A stretch of DNA of 64,000 nucleotides, taken from the NCBI RefSeq assembly GCF_001194135.2, contig NC_069001.1, positions 32,943,979 through 33,007,978 of the forward strand, read 5' to 3'. Shown piece by piece: positions 63,070 through 64,000 of this stretch. This stretch comes from Octopus bimaculoides. Its lineage: Eukaryota. Position numbers and translations under genes: made by a program. The number at the start of each line of letters is the position of its first letter. Position 1 is the first letter of the stretch. The notes under the pieces are model-generated. The model was not told where the DNA came from and ran no database searches. It worked only from the letters and a program-made list of their open reading frames with translations.

Positions 63070-63790
63070 TAATCATCATCATTTAACGTCCATCTTCCAT
63101 ACTGGTATTGGTTGGATAGTTTGATAAATCTGACAAGTCAGGGAATTGCGTTGTATTCCAATCTCTCTCCCCCTCTCTCTCCCTTTTCTCTGATTTACAT
63201 CTTATGGTTGCCATATATCATCCTTAACACCCTCTCATATCTTCTATCATTCTTAACATCCTTTCATATCTGTCATCAACTTCCCCCACCACCTTTGCTA
63301 CTCACTATATCTATCCCTATGTACCTCTGACCTCCATCTCTGTCACTGTACATCTCCCTATTTCTCATATCTGTATGGTTTTATTATAATGCCTATTTCC
63401 AACCTTTTTGTACTGCTACTTATTGCCCTCTCCTTCATGAGTCACTCCTATTTCTTTTACCTTCTACCCACCAACTCGTATTCACCACTGGCCACACCTC
63501 CACCCTTATTCACCTTTAACTACATTCACTTCTGCCCCATCTCTAACCATCTGCTTCTCTCGTCTCACACTCTTGCAAACATACCAATTGTTTTCAATCT
63601 TGTTTCCCTTTTCTTTCTTTTACTCACTTGTATATTCAGGGTATACTCTAACACCTTGTCACTACCATCTTTGTCTATTTTGCTAGTTACTCCCACCATT
63701 ATACAATATGAAGTAGCCAGGTATCTTCTCTGTAGCAAGACTCCAGTTCCTGTCCATCTATCATACTTTGGCCGCTCAACACCTGCTATA
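63070..63790 (-). mobile_element. Decayed RTE-like LINE 3' region and RTE-type tail ending in (ATG)n
   Basis: DKVLEYTLNIQVSKRK resembles ..VL..AL..EV.GKRKRGRP; the tail reads ...GGAAGATGGACGTTAAATGATGATGAT. Confidence 0.4.
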
Positions 63791-63864
63791 AAGCCACCTC
63801 CCTCTTTATTATTCCCCCACGTAGTTGAGGGGGATCTTTTGTTTTTGTTTTTCAAGTTCCTTGG

Positions 63865-64000
63865 TGACCTCACTAGTTCCAGTGCCATGAAAATCAGCAC
63901 CCTGTACACTTTGAAAATTAGTTGTCATTAGGAAAAGCATTCAACTGTGGAAACAATGCCAAAGCAGACATTGAAACTCAATGCAATGCTTGAGCTCAAC
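63865..64000 (+). mobile_element. SINE fragment (family also seen at 51510-51610)
   Basis: Shared CATTAGGA...CAACTGT...ATGCCAAAG-AGACATTG block. Confidence 0.55.

Larger units (their letters stand above)
22762..64000 (+). other. Putative large first coding intron of the ERG-like gene (runs off the window end)
   Basis: Donor GTGAGT at 22762. No PAS exon-2 motif (IANA...CNDGFC...SRAEVMQ) was found by eye downstream; content is repeats and AT-rich DNA. Confidence 0.6.

Overview
AT-rich, microsatellite-dense eukaryotic genomic DNA from a gapped draft assembly (7 N-runs). The SINE and MITE families look like those of Octopus, which is an inference from repeat recognition, not a database match. 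One host-gene piece is recognisable: the first coding exon of an ERG-type (KCNH2/6/7-like) voltage-gated K+ channel on the + strand. Its CDS is 22686-22761, MPVRRGRRTAGNRFLDTIINRVEGS, 76 nt followed by a phase-1 GTGAGT donor, the same length and phase as human KCNH2 exon 1. No PAS-domain exon 2 is visible in the remaining 41 kb, so most of the window is probably intron 1 and upstream region. The rest is transposon relics: three mariner copies, a Tc1, a hAT transposase, hAT and piggyBac MITEs, two CRE-clade LINE 3' ends, CR1, RTE and RLE-type LINE fragments, an apparently ORF1-only LINE, several Penelope-like elements (PLEs) and many tRNA-derived SINEs. Most notable: the divergent ERG PAS-cap; a PLE followed by a tRNA-like Pol III promoter and a hammerhead-ribozyme module; a second hammerhead-like motif; a near-perfect 126-bp inverted repeat inside the putative intron; and the ORF1-only LINE. 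Almost all other ORFs in the supplied track are spurious or TE-derived. No rRNA, intact tRNA gene or CRISPR array was seen.
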